This document shows, piece after piece, positions 38,401-48,405 of a stretch of 64,000 nucleotides of DNA. The translations under genes were made by a program, and so were the position numbers. The first letter of the stretch is position 1. The number at the start of each line of letters is the position of its first letter. The DNA is from a virus. The notes under the pieces were generated by a model, which saw nothing but the letters and a program-made list of their open reading frames with translations, was not told where the DNA came from and searched no databases. The DNA lies in IMG/VR virus record IMGVR_UViG_3300006793_000021, positions 1 to 64,000 of that record. One strand, 5' to 3'.

Positions 38401-41400
38401 ATACGGCGGTAACTGGATGAGTGTTGAAGCAGGTAAAGCATACTTCAACGGTAATACAAATACATTACAAATTAACAGTACTGAAAAAACAGCAACGTTA
38501 GCGGCATACGCACAACTTAAATCATTACTACAAACAGTTGGACGTAATATTGTAGTTAACCCAACTAGTCAAACACCAGATGATGCGGCAGACGTATCAA
38601 CTGTTGCAGTTCCTCAAATTGCAGGTACAGGTGGTAGTGTTGCAGTTTCAACAGAAATAGGTAACTTACTAGACGATGTAATTTACACAATTGATAACGG
38701 ATATGACAATGCTCCGGCAATTACATATCCAACAATTCCAGCAACATCGGATGCACAGTTAGTACAAACTCAAACTACTACTGACTTACTAGGAATACAA
38801 ACTGGGACTATTGACTTTATTAGTAAGAACTTTGGTTCATTCAAATATAATAGTGCAACTTGCCGCAGAGATTTAACAAATATTATTACAGATGTTGCAT
38901 ATGATGTAGCATTAGGTACAAACTATAACGGTGTGTTTAGTGGTATTGCTTATCAGCGTCCAACTAACTCATATAACTTAACATCACAGCGTATTGAAAC
39001 AATTGGTGCATTACGTTTTGCAAGAGATGAGCTAAAAGCAGACATTACTGATGCAACAGCAGAAGCAAGAATGGTTGCGGCATTTAATGAAATAGTTGAT
39101 ATTATTGATAACGGACTAGCGGCGGCAGATGCAAATGTATATCCAACACCAAGTTCATTACCAACAACAAATGCTGATGATGCGTTTGCAGACTTAAATG
39201 CAAACATTGCATTTATAAAAGCAGAAATTAATGCTTGGATTGATGATCAAGTTTTATTAAACACAACTACAACACCAGATCCAAACAGTATTTGGTTTAA
39301 CTTTACATATGATGCAACTAAGTGTGCAAGAGATGTAGGCTATATTATTGAAGCAATGAAGTATGATATACTTTATGGCGGTACAATGGGAGCATCAAGA
39401 ATTGCTGAATCCTACTTTGGAATTTACGGCGATACTTATCCTGCAGGCCAAACAGCACAAACTGCGGCGGCATATGATAGACTTGCTACAGTATTAGATC
39501 AAATTGCAAGAGAAGCATCAGTAACTAAATCTTCAGGTAACGCATTGAACCAAACACAATTAGGTTCAGCGGCAACTTCAACTGAAGGTAATGCATTACT
39601 TGCAAACATGCAAATTATTGAAGATGTATTAACAGCAGGAAATGCTAACGGCATGCCAGCAGTAGTATATCCAGACTTAGCATCATTAGGTGTATCAGCT
39701 ACATTGCAAACTGAAAAAGGCGCAATGGATACTGCTAGAGCACAAACAATACTAGATGTTATCCAATATATTTCAGATACTTACAATGACTTTAATTACA
39801 ATCATGCTAAGTGTTCAAGAGATGTTGGATTAATTATAACTGCTTTTGTATACGACTATGCATTGAATACTAACTATGCTAGTATGTTTGCGGCGCAGTC
39901 ATACTTAAGAGCACCAAGTAAAAATGTTGTTAACGATCAAAAAACTGCAAGTATTGCGGCATTTGAATTTGCAAGAACTAAAGTATTAGAATCAGTAGTT
40001 ACAGCAGGTGGCTTTGCTCCAGCAGTACAAGCAGTAAACAATACTTGGGAATGGATTGATGATACAATCTTTAATGCTACAGCAGAAGGTGGTAAATCTA
40101 ACAGCGATCAAGAAGTATGGAACGCAGTAAGACACTTAGAACTTAATAAAGAATTTATTGTAGAAGAAGTTGTTGCACACGTTGATGATTGGTTCAAGAT
40201 AGCAGTTTCCAAAACTGATCAAGCATCAAGCGTATTAACAGTAGCAGACACAAGTTGGTTAAAAGCAAATCAAAAAGTGCTTGCACAAAACATGGATGAC
40301 TCTGCAGACGCAGTAACAGACGCAAACCTTGCAGTAAGTACAACTTACTATGTTAAAGATATTTTAAGCGATACAACACTTACATTATCTGCAACACCAG
40401 GTGGTTCAGCTGTTGCATTATACGACACTGATTCAATTGTAGTACAATTAGATGAAGGTAAATTACGCAACGATATGTCTGATATAGTTGAAGGCATTGC
40501 ATTTGATGCAGTTCTTAATACTAACTACAACCAAGTAGCATTAGGCTTAGATTTTGTAACAGGCGACAATGCATCAATAACTGCACTAGGTAAAACACAA
40601 ATTGCGGCAGGTATATCATATGCTAAAGGACTAGTTGCAGGAATAAAAGAGTTTAGAACAAATGCAACTTACTTGTCAAGATCAAATGCAGGATTTGACG
40701 AAGTTACTGATATTGTAAACAACGGTGCAGGCAATGCAAACGCATTAACTTTCACAGGCACAAACAATGCAGTTGACCAAGTAGCAAACAATGAAGCATT
40801 TATAGCAACAGAAGTATTAGAATGGATTAACCAAAACTATAATTCAATTTACACAGCAATGGACACTACACAGTTTACAACTGAAATAGGGTACATAGTT
40901 GATGCTTTAAGATATGACTTATTAAATGGTGGTAACAGTGCAACACATAGACTTGCTACAAGATACTTTACAAGTACAGAGTTTAAAGCTAACCTTGGTA
41001 ATAATGCTACTGCAAGTGGACTTGCATTTAACTACTTACAATCGTTTATTGATAACATTGTATTAGATAATACAGCAGGTTGGTCAAAATTAAGCGGCGG
41101 AACACAAGATACATCTGCTTCAGCTGGTACAGCAACTCAAGCAACAACAGCACAAGCATTAGTAGGAATAATAGAATCAGTTGCAGGCGGTAACGCGGCA
41201 GGTGTTAAAAATTATCCAACAATGACACTAGCAAGTGCTACATCAGTAAGTAATGTTATAGCACATGCTTCTAAAATTGGAGTTAAAGCAGTACGTAGTG
41301 TAAGTAATACTTACAGAGCATCGTTTGAATTAAAAGCAGATTATGCTTACAATAAAACATTATGTAAACGTGATGTACGTGAATACATTGAAGCAATGAA

Positions 41401-44400
41401 ATGGGATATGACTAACACTCAAGAGTGGGCAAGAACATATACTGACAACATTAGCTTTAATAGACCGGGTGCTTATAAATCAAGACTAGCGGCACGTTAC
41501 TATGTTAATAATGTAATAGGATCACAAGAAGAAGATTTCTACTACTTACGTAACGGTACAGGTTTAAGATTACAAACAATGGAAGGCCTACAAGGCGACC
41601 TAAGTCCAGAAAATGCTTACGGAACAAGACGTCCAACAGCAGGTGCATATGCATCATTAGATCCAGGCTATGGTCCAGACGATGTAAGAGTTTGGATTAG
41701 TGCAAGATCACCGTACATACAAAACTGTACAACATTTGGATTTGGTGCAATAGGACAAAAAATTGACGGTGCCCTACACAACGGTGGTAACGACTCAATG
41801 GTATCAAATGACTTTACACAAGTTATTAGTGATGGTATTGGTGCATGGATTACAAACAACGGTAGAGCAGAACTTGTGTCAGTGTTTACATACTATTCAC
41901 ATGTAGGTTATCTTGCAGAGAACGGCGGACGTATACGTGCAACAAATGGTAACAACTCTTACGGTGCATTTGGATCAGTAGCAGAAGGTACTGACCCAGA
42001 AGAAATAGCAGTAACAGGTATCATTGATAATAAATTCCAGTATAACGCTACTGTAGCAACTGTTAATACAGATGCAGATCAGTTACTAGCATTAGAATAC
42101 TCACATGCTGGTAATGACTATACTGAAGCAAAACTAGACTTCTTTGGACCAGGTTCAAACGAAGAAACAGTATCAGATGAATTTAGAGACGGTGCAGTTT
42201 ATCAAGTTGGTATTGGTAATACAGTAAATGTTACAGACGGTGGTAAAGGTTACTTAGTTGTTACTAATACTGCACAAGCAGGTAGTACTACAAGTCTTAC
42301 AATATCAGCAACAGACGGTAACATTAGTTCAGCATACATTGGTATGAGAGTACAAATTGTTGGCGGTGCTGGTGCAGGTTTATTTGGTATAATTGACACA
42401 TACAATGCAGGTTCTAAAGTAGCAACTGTTGAAAGAGAAAGCGACGGAGTTGCAGGTTGGGATCATGTACTTCCAGGATTTACTTGGGAAGAACCTAACT
42501 CAACTTCAACATATTTGATTGAACCAGCAGTTTCGTTTACTGCTCCAACTAACACTTCAGGTGATAGTACGCTACCAACATCAACAACTTGGTATGCAAA
42601 CGAGTTTATTGAAACAGCGGCTCAATATACAGGAGTTGCTTCTGAAACTGAATCAGACGGTAATGGTGCAACATTTGATGTTACACGTAACGGTAGCAAA
42701 TACTATGTTACAGTTAATGCCGCAGGTACAGGTTATGTTAGAAACGCAACTGTAACAATTAAAGGTTCTAACTTAGGTGGCGTAGATATAACACACGATA
42801 TAACAATAACATTAACATCACTTAATGCTAATGGTGCAGTTGTAGACTTTGACTTTATTGGTCAAGGACGCAAAGGATTCTTCCTTGGCGCAGGCGCAGG
42901 TAGTAACGGTGCAATTAGTTATGATGGTATTACATGGCAGTCACAAAATATTACAGCACCAGGTGCAGGTAATTGGTCAGACATTGCTCAAGGTTTACTT
43001 GATGATGGATCAACTACATTCCACCCAAGCTCAATAATTATTGTTGGTGACGGAACTAACGACATAGCACGTTCCGGAGACGGCGATACTTGGACAGCTG
43101 GTACTTTACCAGGTGCAATGAGTAGTGCAGGTGAAAAGAGTGTTGCATTTGGTAACGTTGACGTTGCAGTTAATAGATACGTTGTTATTTCAGATGATGA
43201 CAGAGATGTTGCTTATTCAGAAGATGCAGGTCAAAACTGGACATTAACATCAAGTGCATTATCAGCAGTAGGCTTTGATAGTATTACATACGGAGCAGGA
43301 TTATATGTTGCTGTACGTTCAGGAACAACAAGCATAAGTTACTCAACAAATGGTGTTGTTTGGACTGATGTTACTGCACCAGGAACAATATCAGGACCAG
43401 TAGTTTGGGGTAACGGACGTTTTGTTGTAACAGGCGGAACAGTTGGTGTAATGTACAGTTTAGATGGTATTACATGGGCAGATCCAGCATACCCAGGCGG
43501 TGCAAACGTAAGTACACTTGCTGGAACAGAACGTAACTTAGCATATGGACACGGTGTGTTTATTTTAACATCAGATGATACAGACGGAGTTCTTTATTCA
43601 GAAGATGCAATAGTTTGGACACTACAATCATTAGGATCTGCTGTAACAGGTGGATTTAATGCAGTTGCATTTGGTAACCCTGAGAAGATGGGAGTGTTTA
43701 GTATACTTCCTAATGCTACAGGTACAAGTGCAAAATACGCTAAGATTGGTGCTAGAACAAAAGCAAGAGCAGGTTTAGCAAATGAACAAATATTTGAGTT
43801 TAGAATTTATGAACCAGGTTCAGGCTACACAAGCGCACCAACTATTACTGTAACAGATCCAAATAACATTGAAGATGTTACACCAGTAGTAAGATTAGGA
43901 ACAGGAGTACTTGGACAACCAACATTTATTAATAGAGGTAGTGGCTTTACAACTGCAACTGCATCAATTGATGCATTAAACAGTAACGGTAATGCAGACT
44001 TCTTACAAAGTGGATCGTATATTGCTGTAAGAAGACTTACTGCAAGACCAGTTAACGGATCTAATGTTGAGTTTGCAGGACTTCCAGGACAATTCTTTAA
44101 GTTGGTTAGTACAGTATCGTTTATTGGTAGTAATGATGGATCGTATACAACGTTCTTACAAGTTTCACCAGCAATAACTACAGCAAATATTCCATCAGAT
44201 GGAGATGCTGTAAATATGCGTATCAGATTTAGTCAAGTACGTCTAACAGGACATGACTTCCTAGATATTGGTACAGGTAACTTTGCAGATACTAACTATC
44301 CAGGTGTACCAGTTAACGTACCTAACCAGGATAGAGAAACACAAGATGCTAATGGTGGTAGAGTGTTCTACACAGCAACTGACCAAGACGGTAACTTTAG

Positions 44401-44794
44401 AGTTGGTGACTTGTTTAGTGTTGAACAGGCAACTGGTGTTGCAACATTGAACGCTGAAGCGTTTAACATTGCAGGTCTACAAGAACTATCATTGGGTGAA
44501 GTTACACTAGGTGGTAACTCAGCAAGTATTACTGAATTTAGTACAGATCCATTCTTTACTGCAAACAGTGATACGATTGTTCCAACACAGCGAGCGATTA
44601 AGGCATACATTGAATCACAAATTGGTGGTGGTGGTGCTACGCTAGTTGTTAACAGTGTTACAGCAGGTGATATATTCATAGGCGGAACACAAATTACAAC
44701 AGTGTCAGGTAGCCCAATAACAATTAAAGCGAACATTGTGTTCAGTGGTACAGTGCTAGGATATCCTCTAGCATGGAATTATTACCAGAGATAA
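35498..44794 (+). CDS. Giant virion protein, 3098 aa; paralog of 29950..35445
   Basis: Same MAEFKL N-terminus and C-terminal core, plus helical KCxRDxGxIxxAxxYD repeats and a cupredoxin-like insert. Confidence 0.75.
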   Translation: MAEFKLGRIRFVWKGTWSTGRTYYQDDVVTVGGRMYICTIGHESDADFYNDFDIVPPKWNLVSDGQAWKGNWSPNTAYIYNDIVKYGSGLYIANTNHTSANTTGTGSFAVTIETNASAPGNNVFVVDGVQYPNLQLTAGYTYTFVQDDESNDTHPFLFSETKHGTHNGGTTYETGVTYYLDGAVVADKATYVGGFDAATTRKIVIAVTGATPDPLYYYCHNHNNMAIDAEIDIQLVGLENDESKWDTFTNGITWKGDWQTGFGYKVNDIVKYGGSSYVCNTAHTSGSLSDGLEVDQAKWDYLNQGIEYKSQWITGTRYKVNDVVRYGASLWIATAQHTGSASFGTDSANWEKFVEGFQYEGEWDAYKDYQPGDIVQYGGYQYIAKTDHIGEFPSTSTVNWDLFSEGFKFQDEWGADSTAQEYRVGDVVRYGGFTYLCILDHTNQEPPNATYWKKFTSGLNWRAVWADDVEYKVGDVARYGDNSYICINGHLSDGDSAGSAGFAINSRPDQDTGGVYWQVIAVGTEQSVLTTKGDLVYYSGSAPTRLPIGEDGQILTVNSEGLPNWEFIGETDDVYYVAGHGKDSPAPIYGKTIDRPFKTIRYAAHQIERGAKNPNAAKLLELNRRFIQREIVEFTDNQITNNVAPFTSSFAYVAEKCERDMGLIVDAVIWDIKHGGNELTWDAMYEYVKNATNFYTLGQEAETVASINYGVTVMTAVLNQTAPAVNYQTLNGDNSTAIVAQHTDASLSAETVIDHITANVKMITDAITASNPNQVLPKKIVPTTLIKVSTGYYYEVLPIIVPAECCIMGDELRATNVQPRKATNATLTPKQDIPFSFEGLSRVEEVVADIVEGVAVSKTTANALTQDQTWPYAETDVVGPQVQKLARTIRRQIDSSTGTKVEAIYTPIYEMTDPNFGRSRDLFLQNKAFIQAEIIAYIEENYPGLSYSKTKCKNDVGLIMDNVAYDLTYGGNWMSVEAGKAYFNGNTNTLQINSTEKTATLAAYAQLKSLLQTVGRNIVVNPTSQTPDDAADVSTVAVPQIAGTGGSVAVSTEIGNLLDDVIYTIDNGYDNAPAITYPTIPATSDAQLVQTQTTTDLLGIQTGTIDFISKNFGSFKYNSATCRRDLTNIITDVAYDVALGTNYNGVFSGIAYQRPTNSYNLTSQRIETIGALRFARDELKADITDATAEARMVAAFNEIVDIIDNGLAAADANVYPTPSSLPTTNADDAFADLNANIAFIKAEINAWIDDQVLLNTTTTPDPNSIWFNFTYDATKCARDVGYIIEAMKYDILYGGTMGASRIAESYFGIYGDTYPAGQTAQTAAAYDRLATVLDQIAREASVTKSSGNALNQTQLGSAATSTEGNALLANMQIIEDVLTAGNANGMPAVVYPDLASLGVSATLQTEKGAMDTARAQTILDVIQYISDTYNDFNYNHAKCSRDVGLIITAFVYDYALNTNYASMFAAQSYLRAPSKNVVNDQKTASIAAFEFARTKVLESVVTAGGFAPAVQAVNNTWEWIDDTIFNATAEGGKSNSDQEVWNAVRHLELNKEFIVEEVVAHVDDWFKIAVSKTDQASSVLTVADTSWLKANQKVLAQNMDDSADAVTDANLAVSTTYYVKDILSDTTLTLSATPGGSAVALYDTDSIVVQLDEGKLRNDMSDIVEGIAFDAVLNTNYNQVALGLDFVTGDNASITALGKTQIAAGISYAKGLVAGIKEFRTNATYLSRSNAGFDEVTDIVNNGAGNANALTFTGTNNAVDQVANNEAFIATEVLEWINQNYNSIYTAMDTTQFTTEIGYIVDALRYDLLNGGNSATHRLATRYFTSTEFKANLGNNATASGLAFNYLQSFIDNIVLDNTAGWSKLSGGTQDTSASAGTATQATTAQALVGIIESVAGGNAAGVKNYPTMTLASATSVSNVIAHASKIGVKAVRSVSNTYRASFELKADYAYNKTLCKRDVREYIEAMKWDMTNTQEWARTYTDNISFNRPGAYKSRLAARYYVNNVIGSQEEDFYYLRNGTGLRLQTMEGLQGDLSPENAYGTRRPTAGAYASLDPGYGPDDVRVWISARSPYIQNCTTFGFGAIGQKIDGALHNGGNDSMVSNDFTQVISDGIGAWITNNGRAELVSVFTYYSHVGYLAENGGRIRATNGNNSYGAFGSVAEGTDPEEIAVTGIIDNKFQYNATVATVNTDADQLLALEYSHAGNDYTEAKLDFFGPGSNEETVSDEFRDGAVYQVGIGNTVNVTDGGKGYLVVTNTAQAGSTTSLTISATDGNISSAYIGMRVQIVGGAGAGLFGIIDTYNAGSKVATVERESDGVAGWDHVLPGFTWEEPNSTSTYLIEPAVSFTAPTNTSGDSTLPTSTTWYANEFIETAAQYTGVASETESDGNGATFDVTRNGSKYYVTVNAAGTGYVRNATVTIKGSNLGGVDITHDITITLTSLNANGAVVDFDFIGQGRKGFFLGAGAGSNGAISYDGITWQSQNITAPGAGNWSDIAQGLLDDGSTTFHPSSIIIVGDGTNDIARSGDGDTWTAGTLPGAMSSAGEKSVAFGNVDVAVNRYVVISDDDRDVAYSEDAGQNWTLTSSALSAVGFDSITYGAGLYVAVRSGTTSISYSTNGVVWTDVTAPGTISGPVVWGNGRFVVTGGTVGVMYSLDGITWADPAYPGGANVSTLAGTERNLAYGHGVFILTSDDTDGVLYSEDAIVWTLQSLGSAVTGGFNAVAFGNPEKMGVFSILPNATGTSAKYAKIGARTKARAGLANEQIFEFRIYEPGSGYTSAPTITVTDPNNIEDVTPVVRLGTGVLGQPTFINRGSGFTTATASIDALNSNGNADFLQSGSYIAVRRLTARPVNGSNVEFAGLPGQFFKLVSTVSFIGSNDGSYTTFLQVSPAITTANIPSDGDAVNMRIRFSQVRLTGHDFLDIGTGNFADTNYPGVPVNVPNQDRETQDANGGRVFYTATDQDGNFRVGDLFSVEQATGVATLNAEAFNIAGLQELSLGEVTLGGNSASITEFSTDPFFTANSDTIVPTQRAIKAYIESQIGGGGATLVVNSVTAGDIFIGGTQITTVSGSPITIKANIVFSGTVLGYPLAWNYYQR

Positions 44795-44802
44795 CAGTAA
44801 CG

Positions 44803-44810
44803 GATAAATA
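44803..44810 (+). promoter_or_regulatory. Late promoter variant GATAAATA
   Basis: Intergenic, upstream of AGGAG and the ATG at 44862. Confidence 0.65.
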
Positions 44811-44861
44811 TTAGTAAGATAAAATGTTGAAATATCTAGCATATAACAGGAGATTAAGATA

Positions 44862-45188
44862 ATGGCAAACGGAGTACTAGGATCAGCGGATTTAGCCGCG
44901 ACAACGTATACTAACATATACGATGTACCCGATGGAAACTTTTCTGTAGTGTCGGTTAGCATTTGTAATAAAAATGCAACATCGATTACAGTAAGGCTTG
45001 CATTGGCAAAACCAGGGCAGTCACTACCACAGGCAGATGACTATATAGAATACGAAACAGAGATATTACCAAATGGTGTACTTGAAAGAACAGGTGTTGT
45101 TCTTGAAGCAGACCGTAAAGTATTTGCTCGTTCGTCAGCAACACAGACAACTGTAGTAGTTTACGGTATAGAAACAGCAACAGTATAA
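44862..45188 (+). CDS. Small beta-rich virion protein
   Basis: VSVSICN...ILPNGVLERTGVVL...VVVYGIE. Confidence 0.65.
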   Translation: MANGVLGSADLAATTYTNIYDVPDGNFSVVSVSICNKNATSITVRLALAKPGQSLPQADDYIEYETEILPNGVLERTGVVLEADRKVFARSSATQTTVVVYGIETATV

Positions 45189-45199
45189 GGAAATAGATT

Positions 45200-46108
45200 A
45201 TGGCTAGAAGAATTTCAACAGGAAAACTAGGAAGACCAATACTAGGAAACATTAGTGTTGAAGATAGCACTTTTGGTTCAGTGATAGCCAATGCAGATGT
45301 TGTTTTAGAACCTAACGGTACAGGTATTGCTCGTTCTACAAAAGACTTTAGAGTAGATAGTGCAAACTCTTTACGTTTAGGAGACAGTGATAACACTAAC
45401 TACGTTGCTTTTAAATCTCCAGCGGCAGTAGCTAGTAATGTTACATGGACGTTGCCAGGCGCAGACGGAACAGCAAACTATCTATTAGCAACAGACGGAT
45501 CAGGAACATTAAGTTGGGCTTCACCGTCATTGGCACTAGCAAGTGATACAGCAAGTGGTAACATCAATGTTGTACTTACAGCTGATGCAGGATCAAGTTT
45601 TTCAAACGCAAAACGTTCATCAAGAATACAGTTTGCACCCAACTCAGGTAATTTAACAATTACTGGTGAGCTAGGTGGAGCAACTGGTAACTTTAGTGGA
45701 ACAGTCACAGCAGGCGGATTTGCAACTACAGGTGGTGCAAGTTTTGGTAGTGATTTAACAATTACAGGAACATTAACAGCAGGTACAGTTGCGTCAACAG
45801 GCGACATTACAGCGGCTGGCGATATTACTTCTAACTCAGATATTAGATTGAAATCTAATATTATTGGTATCAAAGATGCTTTAGCAAAAGTATTAAAATT
45901 AAATGGTAAACAATATACAATGAATGGCAAGGACAATCAAATTGGTTTGCTTGCACAAGAAGTTGAAGAAGTATTACCACAAATGGTTCATACAGCAAAC
46001 GATGATATGGGTACTAAAGCAATTAACTACCAAAACATGGTAGCACTACTAGTTGAAGCTGTAAAAGAATTACAGCAGGAAATAAAAGGTTTAAAGGGGA
46101 CAGCATAA
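45200..46108 (+). CDS. Tail fibre with C-terminal intramolecular chaperone (peptidase S74)
   Basis: TWTLPGADG...LATDGSGTLSW; SDIRLKSNI, GLLAQEVEEVLP, LLVEAVKEL. Confidence 0.85.
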   Translation: MARRISTGKLGRPILGNISVEDSTFGSVIANADVVLEPNGTGIARSTKDFRVDSANSLRLGDSDNTNYVAFKSPAAVASNVTWTLPGADGTANYLLATDGSGTLSWASPSLALASDTASGNINVVLTADAGSSFSNAKRSSRIQFAPNSGNLTITGELGGATGNFSGTVTAGGFATTGGASFGSDLTITGTLTAGTVASTGDITAAGDITSNSDIRLKSNIIGIKDALAKVLKLNGKQYTMNGKDNQIGLLAQEVEEVLPQMVHTANDDMGTKAINYQNMVALLVEAVKELQQEIKGLKGTA

Positions 46109-47251
46109 ATGGCTTTCTTTGTAGGAGCAACTGAAGTAGTTCCAGTACCACCCGGAAATGATTCCACTCGCGGAGGAGAATTAATGTCCGATGGCGATGG
46201 AACAGCATTCTGGGGATATATGGGTGCGGCAAGCGGCGATCCGGCAGCAGTTGACACAGGTCAATGGCGATATAGATCTATATATACACATGGATACTTA
46301 GCGGCTGGCTACAAAGGTTCCAATCCTTGGAGAAGTGTTAATAAAACTTGGCACAATACAGATACAACATTATACTGCGGCGAGCAGTTAGCAAGTACAC
46401 AAGCATATACAAACGGTGTATGGAGTGATCATCATGCATATGTAATGACTGGTGGTGGCTTTAGTGGTACTAGTTCAGCAATATCAAGTTATAGTTTAGC
46501 AAATGGTTCGATTAGAATGTTTACATCAGATGGATTTTCATCTAGTGGTGTTAGCTACGGCTATGTAGGAAATGATCCAAAGAATGAAGGACTAGGTTAT
46601 GGTACATCAGGATATGGTAACCACGTAGGTGGTATGAGAATGCACGTTAACCGTTATGACTTTCCTGCGGCAAATGACATTAAAGGTCAAAGTGGTTGGA
46701 TTAACGGCGGCGGCAGTGCAGATACATCACGTATGCACTTTCCAACAGAAGTTATGTACAGTGGATGGAATTCAGGTACAGATGGATACGGCTGTGGCGG
46801 GCATGGAGAAAACAGAGGATACTTTGCTTGGACATCTACTTATAGATACGTGACATGGGCAAACTCAACATGGTCAGGAACAGGATCATGGGGTGGATAT
46901 AGTAAAGACAGACATTGTAAAATACAATCAACAAAATGGGGACACCATTATATTGGTACAGGTAACAATGTTACAGCTGGTAAAGCAAGATTTAGTGATG
47001 CAACAGGTTCAACTGTAGCAAACTTTAACAAAGTAAGAAGTTACGGAGAAGATAATTCAGAAGACGGTCAAGATCATGGATATATTATGGGACACTTTGA
47101 CGGTCAACAAAATAACCACACTATTAAACAAACACACTCAAGTGATTCAGAAGTAACTATGGGCGCAGGGTGTATGCCTAAAGGACATTATGGACAAAGT
47201 TCCGGAGCATGTTCAACAGGTGCGGCAAGTATTTTAGGGGGTGTAGGCTAA
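46109..47251 (+). CDS. Gly/aromatic-rich putative beta-propeller fibre-tip protein, paralog 1
   Basis: Fibre-type G-x-L-x-SDG-x4-W N-terminus and Kelch-like GY-x2-GG repeats. Confidence 0.65.
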   Translation: MAFFVGATEVVPVPPGNDSTRGGELMSDGDGTAFWGYMGAASGDPAAVDTGQWRYRSIYTHGYLAAGYKGSNPWRSVNKTWHNTDTTLYCGEQLASTQAYTNGVWSDHHAYVMTGGGFSGTSSAISSYSLANGSIRMFTSDGFSSSGVSYGYVGNDPKNEGLGYGTSGYGNHVGGMRMHVNRYDFPAANDIKGQSGWINGGGSADTSRMHFPTEVMYSGWNSGTDGYGCGGHGENRGYFAWTSTYRYVTWANSTWSGTGSWGGYSKDRHCKIQSTKWGHHYIGTGNNVTAGKARFSDATGSTVANFNKVRSYGEDNSEDGQDHGYIMGHFDGQQNNHTIKQTHSSDSEVTMGAGCMPKGHYGQSSGACSTGAASILGGVG

Positions 47252-48405
47252 TGGCATTTAAAATAGGAAATACAGAATTAGAATTTTTACCACAAGGTAG
47301 TGATAGTTCACGTGGTGCAAAACTTATTTCAAATGGATCAGATGGTTCGTTTTGGGGATATATGGGCTATACAGGCGCAGGCTCTGTACAAGGCGGCGGA
47401 GCATGGAGATATAGATCTATATACACACATGGTTATTTGGCCGCAGGGTACAAAGGTTCTAACCCATGGCGTTCAGTAAACAAAACATGGCATGCTACAG
47501 ATAGTACTTTGTACTGTGGAGAACAAATTTCAGGACCTCAATCATACTGTGACGGTTTTTATTCAGACTATAATGGTTATATTCAAGCAGGTCCTACAGG
47601 TAGAGCATTTAACGCTGGTGGCGATTGGATGGCAAGTTACGGATTAGCAAACGGTACTATACGTATGTTTACAGCAGATGGTTTTTCATCAGCTGGACTG
47701 AGTTACGGTTATCAGGGTAACGATCCAAAGAATGAAGGCTTAACATACGGTAGTGGTGGTTTTACAAATCACGTAGGTGGTATGAGATTAAGTACATCAA
47801 TAGTTGATGCGGCAGGAACACAAGACATTAAAGGTCAAGGTGGTTGGATGAATGGTGGTGGTACTAGTACAACACACCGTATGCATTTTCCAACAGAGGT
47901 TATGTATACTGGATGGGATAGTGGTAACTCAGGAAGAGGTACAGCGGCCGCAGGCGAAAGTCGTGGTTATTTCCAATGGTCCGGCACTAACTACAAATAT
48001 GTAACTTGGAGTAACAGCACTTGGACATCTAACTGGCCACAAGGCGGCGGCTGGGGTAAAGATAACCACTGTAAAATACAATCAACAAAATGGGGTCATC
48101 ATTACATCGGTACAGGAAATAATGTTACATCAGGTAAAGCACGTTTCAGCGATGCTACTGGTGCTACGTTAGCAAACTTTAGTAAAGTTAGATCCTATGG
48201 CGAAGACAATCCAATGGACGGACAAGATTGGGGTTACATCATGGGACACTATGATGGACAGCAAAACAATCATACTATTAAACAAACACACTCAAGTGAT
48301 TCAGAAGTAACACTTGGAGCGAATGCAATGCCTAAAGGACACTATGGACAGAGTTCCGGAGCGTGTTCAACAGCGGCGGCAACGGTTATCGGAGGAGGAA
48401 TGTAA
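47251..48405 (+). CDS. Putative beta-propeller fibre-tip protein, paralog 2
   Basis: Start is likely the ATG at 47251 (MAFKIG; TAATG overlap). Collinear with paralog 1. Confidence 0.65.
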   Translation: MAFKIGNTELEFLPQGSDSSRGAKLISNGSDGSFWGYMGYTGAGSVQGGGAWRYRSIYTHGYLAAGYKGSNPWRSVNKTWHATDSTLYCGEQISGPQSYCDGFYSDYNGYIQAGPTGRAFNAGGDWMASYGLANGTIRMFTADGFSSAGLSYGYQGNDPKNEGLTYGSGGFTNHVGGMRLSTSIVDAAGTQDIKGQGGWMNGGGTSTTHRMHFPTEVMYTGWDSGNSGRGTAAAGESRGYFQWSGTNYKYVTWSNSTWTSNWPQGGGWGKDNHCKIQSTKWGHHYIGTGNNVTSGKARFSDATGATLANFSKVRSYGEDNPMDGQDWGYIMGHYDGQQNNHTIKQTHSSDSEVTLGANAMPKGHYGQSSGACSTAAATVIGGGM

